DNA of 64,000 nt. Origin: Flavobacteriales bacterium. GTDB lineage: Bacteria; Bacteroidota; Bacteroidia; Flavobacteriales_F; PHOS-HE28. Position 1 is the stretch's first letter. Every line of letters starts with the position of its first letter. Shown in pieces: positions 8,833 to 16,459 of this stretch. The stretch is from NCBI GenBank assembly GCA_019638115.1, contig JAHBUK010000004.1, positions 224,794 to 288,793 of the forward strand. The letters run 5' to 3'. The notes beneath the pieces are model-generated. The model did no database searches. It was not told where the DNA came from and saw nothing but the letters and a program-made list of their open reading frames with translations. Made by a program: the position numbers and the translations under genes.

Positions 8833-9130
8833 GGGATTCGCCTTTCATTAAGGGTTGACGGCCGATGCTGACTAACGCATGCCGGAAAATCCGTCAAGCG
8901 CCTCAGCTCCAAACATAGTCACTAACACGCAATCTTTGGCGCTATAGCCTCGGTGCTCCGCAGCCCCCCCTCCCGCGGATCTGCGATCCCTGGTTTCGAG
9001 CATGGCACACCCCCTGAACCGGTCCTTTCCCCAATTGGCAGAGTTCTCGCGCGCTGGTGCATTGATCCTATCTTGCTGTCGATAACCTTGCCAGCAAAAC
9101 CGTCGAGACCGGGTTCCAATTTCAACCTTT

Positions 9131-9337
9131 GTGCAAACTGCTGTGGCCGACATCGCTTACATAACCCCGAAGGTCCTTAAGTGGGCACGCACCACGGCCA
9201 GGATGTCGCTGGAGACGGCTGCGGCCAAGGTGAAAGTGACCCCGGAACGCCTGGAGGCTTGGGAGGATCCTGATAGCGCGGACAGGCCGACCATTCGGCA
9301 GGCAGAGAAGCTCGCCTGTTATCGCGAATATCAGTAA
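9131..9337 (+). pseudogene. N-terminal fragment of an HTH (XRE-like) domain of the type fused to ImmA/IrrE-family regulators; the ORF stops after ~68 codons where the conserved continuation is missing
   Basis: ITPKVLKWARTTARMSLETAAAKVKVTPERLEAWEDPDSADRPTIRQAEKLA matches the typical N-terminus I(T/N)PExLKWARE..GLS.EELA....PE.LE.WE.GE..PT..QLEKLA. The normally following (K)(L/V)Y(R/K)RPL...FFL and peptidase domain are absent. Confidence 0.4.
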
Positions 9338-9385
9338 CCCTATCCCCCCGATCGAACCCCTTCCCCCACGCCGTGTACAGGCCGG

Positions 9386-9835
9386 GTGATGCGACTACTG
9401 AACGCCCTCCTACCGCTGCTTCTGTTCGTCCCCTCCCTGCCCGCCACTGCCCAATGGTATGGACAGGGTGATCCCGCGTACCTCTTCCAACGCCTGGCAG
9501 GGCAGATGCAACAGAGTACGGCCGACAGCGCGGCCTTCGCTCGGTTCGGTGAAGCCATGGCGCAGACCACGCTGGACAAGGACCCGCTGCCCGAGCTACG
9601 GGAATACCGAATGGTGTGGGAGGTGAGCTGCGAAGGACGCACGGGGCTACTGCGCGGCGATGGCACCGACCTGATGAGTTTCCTCATGGACCCGCCCGAA
9701 AAGCGCTTCGGTGTGCCGGTGTGCTGTCCACAATTTTATGGCGGGCGCTATGCGGTGGTGCAATGGGCGCCCCCCACAGGCTTGGTGCGCTACCGGTACT
9801 GGTTCTTCGAGCGCACACCACAAAACGATCACTGA
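9386..9835 (+). CDS. hypothetical secreted protein (signal peptide)
   Basis: 149 aa with a hydrophobic N-terminus MMRLLNALLPLLLFVPSLPATAQ. High GC. No recognisable domain. Confidence 0.5.
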   Translation: MMRLLNALLPLLLFVPSLPATAQWYGQGDPAYLFQRLAGQMQQSTADSAAFARFGEAMAQTTLDKDPLPELREYRMVWEVSCEGRTGLLRGDGTDLMSFLMDPPEKRFGVPVCCPQFYGGRYAVVQWAPPTGLVRYRYWFFERTPQNDH

Positions 9836-9851
9836 ACGAAAACAGGAAGCC

Positions 9852-10274
9852 ATGCGCTCCATCCTTCCCCTCGGCTTGTTGCTCCTGGCCAACACCGTCC
9901 AAGCCCAGGACCAGCCCACCCTCCCCGACCCACAGCACGGTTACTTCGGAAGGCCATACTTCGAGAACTCTTCCGATAGCGCGGAATTCATGGATTTCCA
10001 TGCAGGCCTGCAATGGAACGAGACCGTCACTGCCTTGGACACTACGAGCAGAACCTACAAGCTGGTGTGGCGCGAGAACCAGCATGGCGGCCTTAGGATG
10101 GTGTCCCGTGGTAATGGAAGCACGCTGGTACGTTCAACGGGGACCGTGCGCGTAGGCCCCATGCACGATGAAGGCCACTTCCGCACCGCCAGCGGCAAGC
10201 ACGGCATCCTGATCGCTTGGGAAACACCCTGCGGTATGATCTGCCGGACGGCGAGCTATTACGTGGAGGAATGA
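9852..10274 (+). CDS. hypothetical secreted protein (signal peptide)
   Basis: Internal ATG at 9852 gives MRSILPLGLLLLANTVQAQDQ... (140 aa). No recognisable domain. Confidence 0.5.
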   Translation: MRSILPLGLLLLANTVQAQDQPTLPDPQHGYFGRPYFENSSDSAEFMDFHAGLQWNETVTALDTTSRTYKLVWRENQHGGLRMVSRGNGSTLVRSTGTVRVGPMHDEGHFRTASGKHGILIAWETPCGMICRTASYYVEE

Positions 10275-10328
10275 GCGGAATGAGCGCTCCATCGCGTGGC
10301 CGGCAAAGCCGTGGACTAATTTCGGGGC

Positions 10329-10766
10329 ATGGCCAGCAGATCAAGTAAACAAGCGGATGGTACACCCATCACCCTGCTCTCCGGCGGCAACCCACAAATA
10401 CCGAAAGGTCACGGCGATGCCGTGGTGCAGGCCTACATCAATGCCATGCCCGGCTGGAAGCAGGAAGTGGGTATCTGGCTGGACGAGGTGATCATGCGCA
10501 CCCTACCCGGCGTGCGGAAGATGGTGAAGTGGAACACGCCTTTCTATGGACTGGACGGGGAGACCTGGTTCCTGGGCTTCCACTGCCTGAACAAGTACGT
10601 GAAGGTGGCTTTCCTGAAGGGCGCGCACCTGAAGCCGATGCCACCGGGCACCAGCAAGCAGAAGGACCCGCGCTACCTGGACATTTACGAGAACGCCCTG
10701 CCGGATGAGGAGCAGTTCGTGAGCTGGGTGAAGCAAGCGGCGAAGCTGCCGGGGGAGAAGTTGTAG
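10329..10766 (+). CDS. DUF1801 (YdhG-like) domain protein
   Basis: 145 aa. The ...GWKQEVGIWLDEVIMRTLPGVRKMVKWNTPFYGLDGETWFLGFHCLNKYVKVAF pattern is typical of the family. Confidence 0.65.
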   Translation: MASRSSKQADGTPITLLSGGNPQIPKGHGDAVVQAYINAMPGWKQEVGIWLDEVIMRTLPGVRKMVKWNTPFYGLDGETWFLGFHCLNKYVKVAFLKGAHLKPMPPGTSKQKDPRYLDIYENALPDEEQFVSWVKQAAKLPGEKL

Positions 10767-10776
10767 GCCGGACCTT

Positions 10777-10837
10777 GCGGAGAATAGCGGATTTATTCTC
10801 CGCACCTTTTGCGGAGAATATCCGTACCTTTCTCCGC
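10777..10837 (+). terminator. two tandem GC-rich hairpins (GCGGAGAATA-loop-TATTCTCCGC, then GCGGAGA-loop-TCTCCGC), the first followed by CCTTTT; putative intrinsic terminator or operator upstream of the Fic gene
   Basis: A perfect 10-bp stem at 10777..10803 is followed by ACCTTTT. A second 7-bp stem lies at 10811..10837. Both sit between the DUF1801 gene stop (10766) and the Fic start (10854). Confidence 0.45.
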
Positions 10838-10853
10838 AGAAAGCACGACCGTC

Positions 10854-11957
10854 ATGCCCCGCTATGTCCACGAACTGCCCGACTGGCCTGCGTTCCATTG
10901 GGATGCGGAAGCCCTGGCTCCTGCGTTGGCGGCGGTGCATGAGCAGCAGGGCCGCTTGCTGGGGCGCATGACCGCTGTAGGCTTCGACCTGCGCACGGAA
11001 GCCGACTTCCAGACCATGACCACGGACGTATTGCGCACCAGCGAAATAGAGGGCGAGGTGCTGGACCCTGCACAAGTGCGTTCATCCTTGGCCAGGCGGC
11101 TGGGGCTGGATGTTTCCGGCGCTGCACATGTGGACCGCCATGTGGACGGCGTGGTGGAGATGCTGCTGGACGCCACCCGCAACTGCTACGAAAAACTCAC
11201 ACTGGAGCGGCTGTTCGGTTGGCACTCGGCGTTGTTCCCTGCTGGTAGAAGCGGAATGTTGAAGGTGCTCGTGGGCCAACTCCGCGACGATTCCACTGGT
11301 CCAATGCAGGTGGTCAGTGGACCGATGGGACGTGAGAAGGTACACTACCAGGCACCGGCTGCGAAGGGCTTGAAGAAGGATATGACGGCCTTCTTGAAAT
11401 GGGTGAATGGCAAGACAGTGATGGATCCGTTGCTCAAGGCCGGACTTGGGCACTTCTGGTTCGTGACGCTCCACCCGTTCGAGGACGGCAATGGCCGCAT
11501 GGCCCGTGCGGTAGCCGACCTGCTCTTGGCCCGTGCCGATGGAAGCCCACAGCGCTTCTACAGCATGAGCGCGCAGATCAGGAACGAGCGGAAGAAGTAC
11601 TACGACATACTGGAGCGATCACAGCGCAGCAGTTTGGACGTGACCGAATGGCTCGCGTGGTTCCTGGCTTGCCTGGGTCGTACCATGGCCGCTTCGGAAG
11701 CAATGCTCGCCGACGTGCTCAATAAGCACCGCTTCTGGCAAACCCATGCGAAGACGGTATTGAACGCACGTCAAGTGAAGGTGTTGAACAAGCTCTTCCA
11801 GGGCTTCGATGGCAACCTCAGCTCCGGCAAATACGCCAAGCTGGCCAAGACCTCGCAAGACAGTGCCGCGCGCGACCTGGCCGACCTGGTGGCGAAGAAG
11901 GTGATGAAGAAAGCCAAGGCCGGTGGTCGAAGCACGCATTACGTGTTGGTGCGCTGA
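10854..11957 (+). CDS. Fic family protein (filamentation induced by cAMP / AMPylation-type)
   Basis: Fic motif HPFEDGNGRMARAV. N-terminal region of the Fic-N/DUF4172 type. Start taken at the ATG at 10854 (MPRYVHELPDW). Confidence 0.85.
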   Translation: MPRYVHELPDWPAFHWDAEALAPALAAVHEQQGRLLGRMTAVGFDLRTEADFQTMTTDVLRTSEIEGEVLDPAQVRSSLARRLGLDVSGAAHVDRHVDGVVEMLLDATRNCYEKLTLERLFGWHSALFPAGRSGMLKVLVGQLRDDSTGPMQVVSGPMGREKVHYQAPAAKGLKKDMTAFLKWVNGKTVMDPLLKAGLGHFWFVTLHPFEDGNGRMARAVADLLLARADGSPQRFYSMSAQIRNERKKYYDILERSQRSSLDVTEWLAWFLACLGRTMAASEAMLADVLNKHRFWQTHAKTVLNARQVKVLNKLFQGFDGNLSSGKYAKLAKTSQDSAARDLADLVAKKVMKKAKAGGRSTHYVLVR

Positions 11958-11961
11958 TGTC

Positions 11962-12396
11962 ATGGAACCCTACCCGAAGGCATACCTCTACAAGCGCATC
12001 GTGCAGGCCAAACTGCTGATGGACGAACGCTTCATGGAGCGCATTGATGGAGAACTGATCAGCAATGAAGCGGCCTTCTCCCACTCGCATTTCATCCGGT
12101 TGTTCAAGCAGGTGTATGGTGTGGTGCCACGTGTTTACCTGAGCAACTTGCGACTGGACCGAGCGCAACAACTGCTGGACGAAGGATGCTCCGTTGCCGA
12201 TGCCTGCTTGCGTGTGGGGTTCGAGAGCGTGCCCACATTCAGCCGGGCGTTCAAGCGGCGTACCGGCACCACGCCAGCGGCCTACCGCAAGGTCCGCGAG
12301 GAACGGGCGCGGAACATGCAAGAGGAGCCACTGGAGCACATTCCAAACTGTTATGCGATGTGGCTGGGTTGGCCGCAAAAGCGCGATCCAGGATAA
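11962..12396 (+). CDS. AraC-family transcriptional regulator (HTH_18 domain only, ~144 aa)
   Basis: ISNEAAFSHSHFIRLFKQVYGVVPRVYLSNLRLDRAQQLL...VADACLRVGFESVPTFSRAFKRRTGTTPAAYR. Starts 5 nt after the Fic stop. Confidence 0.7.
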   Translation: MEPYPKAYLYKRIVQAKLLMDERFMERIDGELISNEAAFSHSHFIRLFKQVYGVVPRVYLSNLRLDRAQQLLDEGCSVADACLRVGFESVPTFSRAFKRRTGTTPAAYRKVREERARNMQEEPLEHIPNCYAMWLGWPQKRDPG

Positions 12397-12429
12397 GTGT
12401 CCGAACGGCGGTCGGCCTTCCTTTGTGCC

Positions 12430-12861
12430 ATGATCGCTCGCATCACACACCTTTCGGTCTACGTGCTGGACCAGGACCGCGCGCTGGACTTCTACACACA
12501 GAAGCTCGGATTCAAGAAGCACACCGACATCCCCATGCACGGCGGCGGGCGCTGGCTTACGGTAACGCCACCCGAGCAGCCTGAACTGGAAGTGGCGCTG
12601 ATGCCAACTTCGCCCTGGGGGCCTTGGAACGCGGAGAACGCCGCTGCCATGCGCAAGTTGGTGGAGCAAGGCATGTTCGGCTTTGCCGCCTTCAAGTGCA
12701 AGGACGTGCGCGCCACCTATGAGGAGTTGCATGCCAAGGGCGTGGAATTCACCATGCCGCCGACCCAACAACCCTTTGGCATCATCGCTGTGTTGAAGGA
12801 CGACAGCGGCAATACCTTCAGTCTATCGGAGCTGGAACCGAAGAAGGGTAAAAGGAAGTGA
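12430..12861 (+). CDS. VOC-family (glyoxalase/bleomycin-resistance fold) protein
   Basis: ITHLSVYVLDQDRALDFYTQKLGFKK...GGRWLTV is a typical VOC N-terminus. 143 aa. Confidence 0.7.
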   Translation: MIARITHLSVYVLDQDRALDFYTQKLGFKKHTDIPMHGGGRWLTVTPPEQPELEVALMPTSPWGPWNAENAAAMRKLVEQGMFGFAAFKCKDVRATYEELHAKGVEFTMPPTQQPFGIIAVLKDDSGNTFSLSELEPKKGKRK

Positions 12862-12867
12862 ATGGGG

Positions 12868-12956
12868 TTGGAGAGTTGAAGAGTTGAGGAGTTGAAGAGT
12901 TGGAGAGTTGAGGAGTTGAGGAGTTGGAGAGTTGAAGAGTTGAAGGGTTGAAGGGT
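12868..12956. repeat. tandem octamer repeat (AGTTGRRG)x11, intergenic
   Basis: ggttggagagttgaagagttgaggagttgaagagttggagagttgaggagttgaggagttggagagttgaagagttgaagggttgaagggtg. It lies between the VOC gene and the DoxX gene. The opposite-strand ORFs (STLQLLNSSTLQL...) are translation artefacts of the repeat. Confidence 0.85.
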
Positions 12957-13036
12957 GCGAGAGCACGAACCCACTGTTCCACCTCGGCACCCTTGGACTT
13001 TTGCACGCTCGCACAAGAAAACACAAGCACCCGACC

Positions 13037-13438
13037 ATGAACAAGCGCAACAGGATCATCTATTGGATCGCCACGGTATGGCTCACACTGGGCATGGTGG
13101 CCACTGGAATACAGCAACTCATGCACTTACCCATTGAAGAGGCCTTGGCACCACCGGGCACGCACGGTATGGCGGCACTGGGTTATCCGGCCTACCTGCT
13201 CACCATCATCGGCATCTGGAAACTGCTCGGCACGGTGGTGCTATTCCTTCCGCGCACACCACTGCTTAAGGAATGGGCCTATGTCGGCTTCTTCTTCCTG
13301 CTTTCAGGAGCGTTGTTCTCGCACATCGCCGTGGGACATGGCGCTGGCGATCTCTTTCCTGCCGGGTTCTTACTGGTGATGCTGGCGCTGTCGTGGTGGC
13401 TGCGCCCGCAGGATAAGAAGTGCGCTCAAGCCATTTAA
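13037..13438 (+). CDS. DoxX-family membrane protein
   Basis: 133 aa with four predicted TM helices. IIYWIATVWLTLGMVATGIQQL and LLGTVVLFLPRTPLLKEWAYVGFFFLLSGALFSHI are typical of DoxX. Confidence 0.65.
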   Translation: MNKRNRIIYWIATVWLTLGMVATGIQQLMHLPIEEALAPPGTHGMAALGYPAYLLTIIGIWKLLGTVVLFLPRTPLLKEWAYVGFFFLLSGALFSHIAVGHGAGDLFPAGFLLVMLALSWWLRPQDKKCAQAI

Positions 13439-13446
13439 TTCGCAGG

Positions 13447-14025
13447 ATGAACCCGAAAGTCGACTGGTTCTTCGCAAAGGACTCCAAGTGGCAGGAAGCC
13501 TTTCAACTGCTGCGTGACATCGCCTTGGACAGCGGCCTCACCGAGGAACTCAAGTGGGGCCACCCCTGCTACACGCTGAAGGGCAAGAACGTGTTCCTGA
13601 TGCACGGCTTCAAGGACTATTGCGCGTTGCTCTTCCATAAGGGCGCGTTGTTGAAGGACGATCACGGCATCCTGGTCCAGCAGACGGCCAACGTGCAAAG
13701 CGCGCGGCAGATCCGCTTCACCGGCCTGAAGCAGATCAAGGACATGGTGCCGGTGATATGCAGCATCATGCAGCAGGCCATAGCGATCGAACAAAGTGGA
13801 GCCAAAGTGCCCTTGAAGAAGACCGCGGAGTTCGAGATGCCGGAGGAATTCGCCACGGCCTTGAAGCAGATGCCCGAACTGAAGAAGGCCTTCAACGCGC
13901 TGACACCGGGACGGCAACGCGGCTATCTGTTACACTTTGCAGGTGCCAAACAGGCCAAGACACGCGAGGCACGGATCGAGAAGAACGTGGAGCGGATACT
14001 TGCTGGCAAGGGGCTCGATGACTGA
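13447..14025 (+). CDS. YdeI/OmpD-associated-like (DUF1801-related) protein
   Basis: 192 aa: FFAKDSKWQEAFQLLRDIALDSGLTEELKWGHPCYTLKGKNVFLMHGFKDYCALLF and the C-terminal ...PGRQRGYLLHFAGAKQAKTREARIEK motif. Confidence 0.6.
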   Translation: MNPKVDWFFAKDSKWQEAFQLLRDIALDSGLTEELKWGHPCYTLKGKNVFLMHGFKDYCALLFHKGALLKDDHGILVQQTANVQSARQIRFTGLKQIKDMVPVICSIMQQAIAIEQSGAKVPLKKTAEFEMPEEFATALKQMPELKKAFNALTPGRQRGYLLHFAGAKQAKTREARIEKNVERILAGKGLDD

Positions 14026-14440
14026 ACCCATGCTCTCCGGTGGCCGGCGCTTCAGCTCCGTGCAGGATATGCTGGACTTCCTACCTACGGAAGAACGCGA
14101 ACTGACCGAACAACTGCGGGAGCTGATCATCTCGGAGGCGCCGGACCTGAAGGAACGCATGAGCTTCAACGTGCCGTTCTACAAGGCACAGCGTGATGTG
14201 TGTTTCATCTGGCCGGCATCCGTGCTGTGGGGCAAGCGCAAGACCTACGAAGGTGTACGCTTCGGACTGAGCTATGGCAGCCTTGTACCGGGCAGCGAGC
14301 CTTACCTCCAACGCGGTCCACGCAAACAAATGCTCTGGCGCGACCTGACGACACTTTCGGACACCGACATGCGCCAGATCCGCACCTTGTTACAAGCTGC
14401 CTTAGCAGTTGATCGGGAACGCGCCCTTGGCTTACGGTGA
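14018..14440 (+). CDS. DUF1801 domain protein (paralogous to 10329..10766)
   Basis: 141 aa with ...ELIISEAPDLKERMSFNVPFYKAQRDVCFIWPAS.... Overlaps the previous gene by 8 nt. Confidence 0.6.
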   Translation: MTEPMLSGGRRFSSVQDMLDFLPTEERELTEQLRELIISEAPDLKERMSFNVPFYKAQRDVCFIWPASVLWGKRKTYEGVRFGLSYGSLVPGSEPYLQRGPRKQMLWRDLTTLSDTDMRQIRTLLQAALAVDRERALGLR

Positions 14441-14460
14441 AGCCTGAACTTCGCACACCC

Positions 14461-15153
14461 ATGCCGAAGTCCAACAACCCTGTGATCCTGCCCGGTACGC
14501 TCCGGTTCCTCCACGAGTTGGAGGCGCACAATGAGAAGCCTTGGTTCGAGGCCAACAAGCAGCGCTACCTCCTTGCCCATGCGAACATGGTGGCCTTCGC
14601 CGATGCCCTGCTGGAACGCATGCAGGCCCACGATAATCTGAGCACGCCGAGCGGTGCCAAGAGCCTGATGCGCATCTACACCGACCAGCGCTTCCACAAG
14701 GACAAGCCGCCCTATGCACCACGTTTCGGTGGAAGGTTGGTGCGCGTGAAACCGGCCCTGCGCGGCGGCTATTTCTATCGCATCCAGCCCGGCGATCGAT
14801 CGCACGTCACCTGCGGTTTCATGGGCCCCGAGGCCAGCGATCTGCGGCTTATCCGTCAGGACATCGACTACGACCATACCACCTGGCGGAAGATCCTGCG
14901 CGGCAAGAACCTGCGGGCGCACTTCGGAGAGCTGTTCGGTGAGGAAGTGGCTACCATTCCACGGGGATATCCGTTAGATCATCCAGCGGCGGACCTCCTG
15001 CGCAAACGGCAGTTCCTACTGCGTCGCACCTTCACCGACAAGGAAGTGCAAGCCCCGGAGTTCCTCGATGAAGTGGTGAAGACCTTCCGTGCGGTGCGCC
15101 CGTGGTTCGACCATATGACCGAAGTGCTGACCAGCGATGGCAATGGGGCGTGA
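14461..15153 (+). CDS. DUF2461 (TIGR02453) family protein
   Basis: 230 aa: LRFLHELEAHNEKPWFEANKQRYL...YFYRIQPGDRSHVTCGFMGPEASDLRLIRQDID is typical of this conserved hypothetical family. Confidence 0.65.
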   Translation: MPKSNNPVILPGTLRFLHELEAHNEKPWFEANKQRYLLAHANMVAFADALLERMQAHDNLSTPSGAKSLMRIYTDQRFHKDKPPYAPRFGGRLVRVKPALRGGYFYRIQPGDRSHVTCGFMGPEASDLRLIRQDIDYDHTTWRKILRGKNLRAHFGELFGEEVATIPRGYPLDHPAADLLRKRQFLLRRTFTDKEVQAPEFLDEVVKTFRAVRPWFDHMTEVLTSDGNGA

Positions 15154-15166
15154 GTGTGCAGGAATG

Positions 15167-15211
15167 CGGGAAAAGGAAGGAAAGGGAGGAAAGGGAGGAA
15201 AGGGAGGTAAT
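15167..15211. repeat. purine-rich tandem nonamer repeat (GGAAAGGGA)x3-4 immediately after the DUF2461 stop
   Basis: gggaaaaggaaggaaagggaggaaagggaggaaagggaggtaatgg. The antisense ORFs with PFPPFPPFP are artefacts. Confidence 0.6.
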
Positions 15212-15303
15212 GGACGCGATGGTGGTGGGCGCAGTACTATTCGCCAATCGCCATCGACCATTCACCTTTTGCCGCATTCGCTCATCGAAGCGTCTGGCAA
15301 GGC

Positions 15304-15642
15304 CTACGCCTTCTTCACGAACTCGCTCTTGAGGCCCATAGCCCCGAAGCCATCCACCTTGCAGTCGATGTTGTGATCGCCGTCGGTGAGGCGGATGCCA
15401 CGCACCTTGGTACCTGCCTTAATGGCCTTGGATGCGCCTTTCACGGGCAGGTCCTTGATCACGATCACATCGTCGCCGTCGTGCAGCACGTTGCCGTTGG
15501 CATCCTTCACCACCGGTCCGGCCTCATCGGCGGCCACTTCATCGGGGTTCCATTCATGCCCGCACTCGCCACACATCCACGAGGTGCCTGTGGGATAGGT
15601 GATGGTGGAACGGCATTCGGGGCAGGGTTTGGTATCTGGCAT
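15304..15642 (-). CDS. PhnA-family protein (zinc-ribbon + PhnA domain)
   Basis: [31 protein letters not shown] zinc ribbon, then ...[39 protein letters not shown]. Internal start at 15642. Confidence 0.8.
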   Translation of the reverse strand: MPDTKPCPECRSTITYPTGTSWMCGECGHEWNPDEVAADEAGPVVKDANGNVLHDGDDVIVIKDLPVKGASKAIKAGTKVRGIRLTDGDHNIDCKVDGFGAMGLKSEFVKKA

Positions 15643-15931
15643 GACGGCCGCGAAAGTACCCGTCTCGATGGAGTGGCAAGTGACAGCGCTCATGCAATTG
15701 GACGATCGCTGCAACATGCGTCCGACACACTGCACACCAAAAGTGGGATGGAACGCGTTCGCACATCATGCGCCGCATCTTGTCACTTCTGCTCATCGCC
15801 TTGTTACTGGTATCGTGCAGCACCGGCGAGCGCGTTCATAAGTGCAACGGGAAGCGCGGCGAGCGGGTACCCATGGGCATCCTCTGAAGGTGCTTCAGCA
15901 TTACTGGCCTTCCTCGTGCGATCTTCAGCCC

Positions 15932-16441
15932 ATGGAACGCCACCAACTCTTCGAGCAATTGGAACGCCATGCACAGGTGTTCCGCGCCCTACTCGCCGGG
16001 CTCTCCCCTGCCGAGATCCGCTGGAAACAAGCACCCGATAAGTGGTGCCCATTGGAAGTGATATGCCATCTGTATGATGAGGAGCGCGAAGATTTTCGGG
16101 CACGGCTAAGATCCACGCTGGAGACGCCGGATGCGCCCTGGCCCAAGATCGACCCGGCGGCATGGGTGGCTGAGCGCAAGTACATGGAGCAGGACTTCGG
16201 CAATACGCTGAACGGATTCCTGGAGGAACGGCAACGCTCGCTGGAGTGGCTGCGCGGGCAGGACCATGCAACCTGGGGCAATGCGTACATCCATCCGAAA
16301 GTGGGGCCGGTGAGTTGCGATCTGCTGCTGACCAACTGGGTGGCGCACGACCTGCACCACATCCGCCAGCTGATCAACCTGCGTTACGCCTACCTGCAAG
16401 CGCATAGCACCGTGCCGCTCGACTACGCAGGCAACTGGTAG
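15932..16441 (+). CDS. DinB/YfiT-like (DinB_2) putative metal-dependent hydrolase
   Basis: 169 aa: ...WCPLEVICHLYDEEREDF...NWVAHDLHHIRQL. The conserved His residues are characteristic of the DinB superfamily. Confidence 0.65.
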   Translation: MERHQLFEQLERHAQVFRALLAGLSPAEIRWKQAPDKWCPLEVICHLYDEEREDFRARLRSTLETPDAPWPKIDPAAWVAERKYMEQDFGNTLNGFLEERQRSLEWLRGQDHATWGNAYIHPKVGPVSCDLLLTNWVAHDLHHIRQLINLRYAYLQAHSTVPLDYAGNW

Positions 16442-16459
16442 CCGCGTACCTTTCCCCAC

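Noticed and set aside
2191-9130. tRNA or direct-repeat att sites at the low-GC island borders
   Set aside because: No sequence with a tRNA T-arm/acceptor pattern was seen by eye. Only weak, gapped similarity (GCTCCAA...CAC...) exists between the two junctions, not enough to call att repeats.
8872-9153. 93-aa and 67-aa minus-strand ORFs in the island-backbone junction
   Set aside because: No coding periodicity or motifs. They overlap the start of the HTH-fragment ORF and are most likely non-coding junction DNA.
11818-12771. 317-aa minus-strand ORF across the AraC and VOC genes
   Set aside because: Antisense shadow ORF in GC-rich DNA. It has no domain signature and overlaps two supported genes.
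12717-13126. Minus-strand ORFs translating to STLQLLNSSTLQL... / PFPPFPPFP-type peptides (also 15016..15277)
   Set aside because: Direct translations of the octamer and nonamer tandem repeats, not genes.
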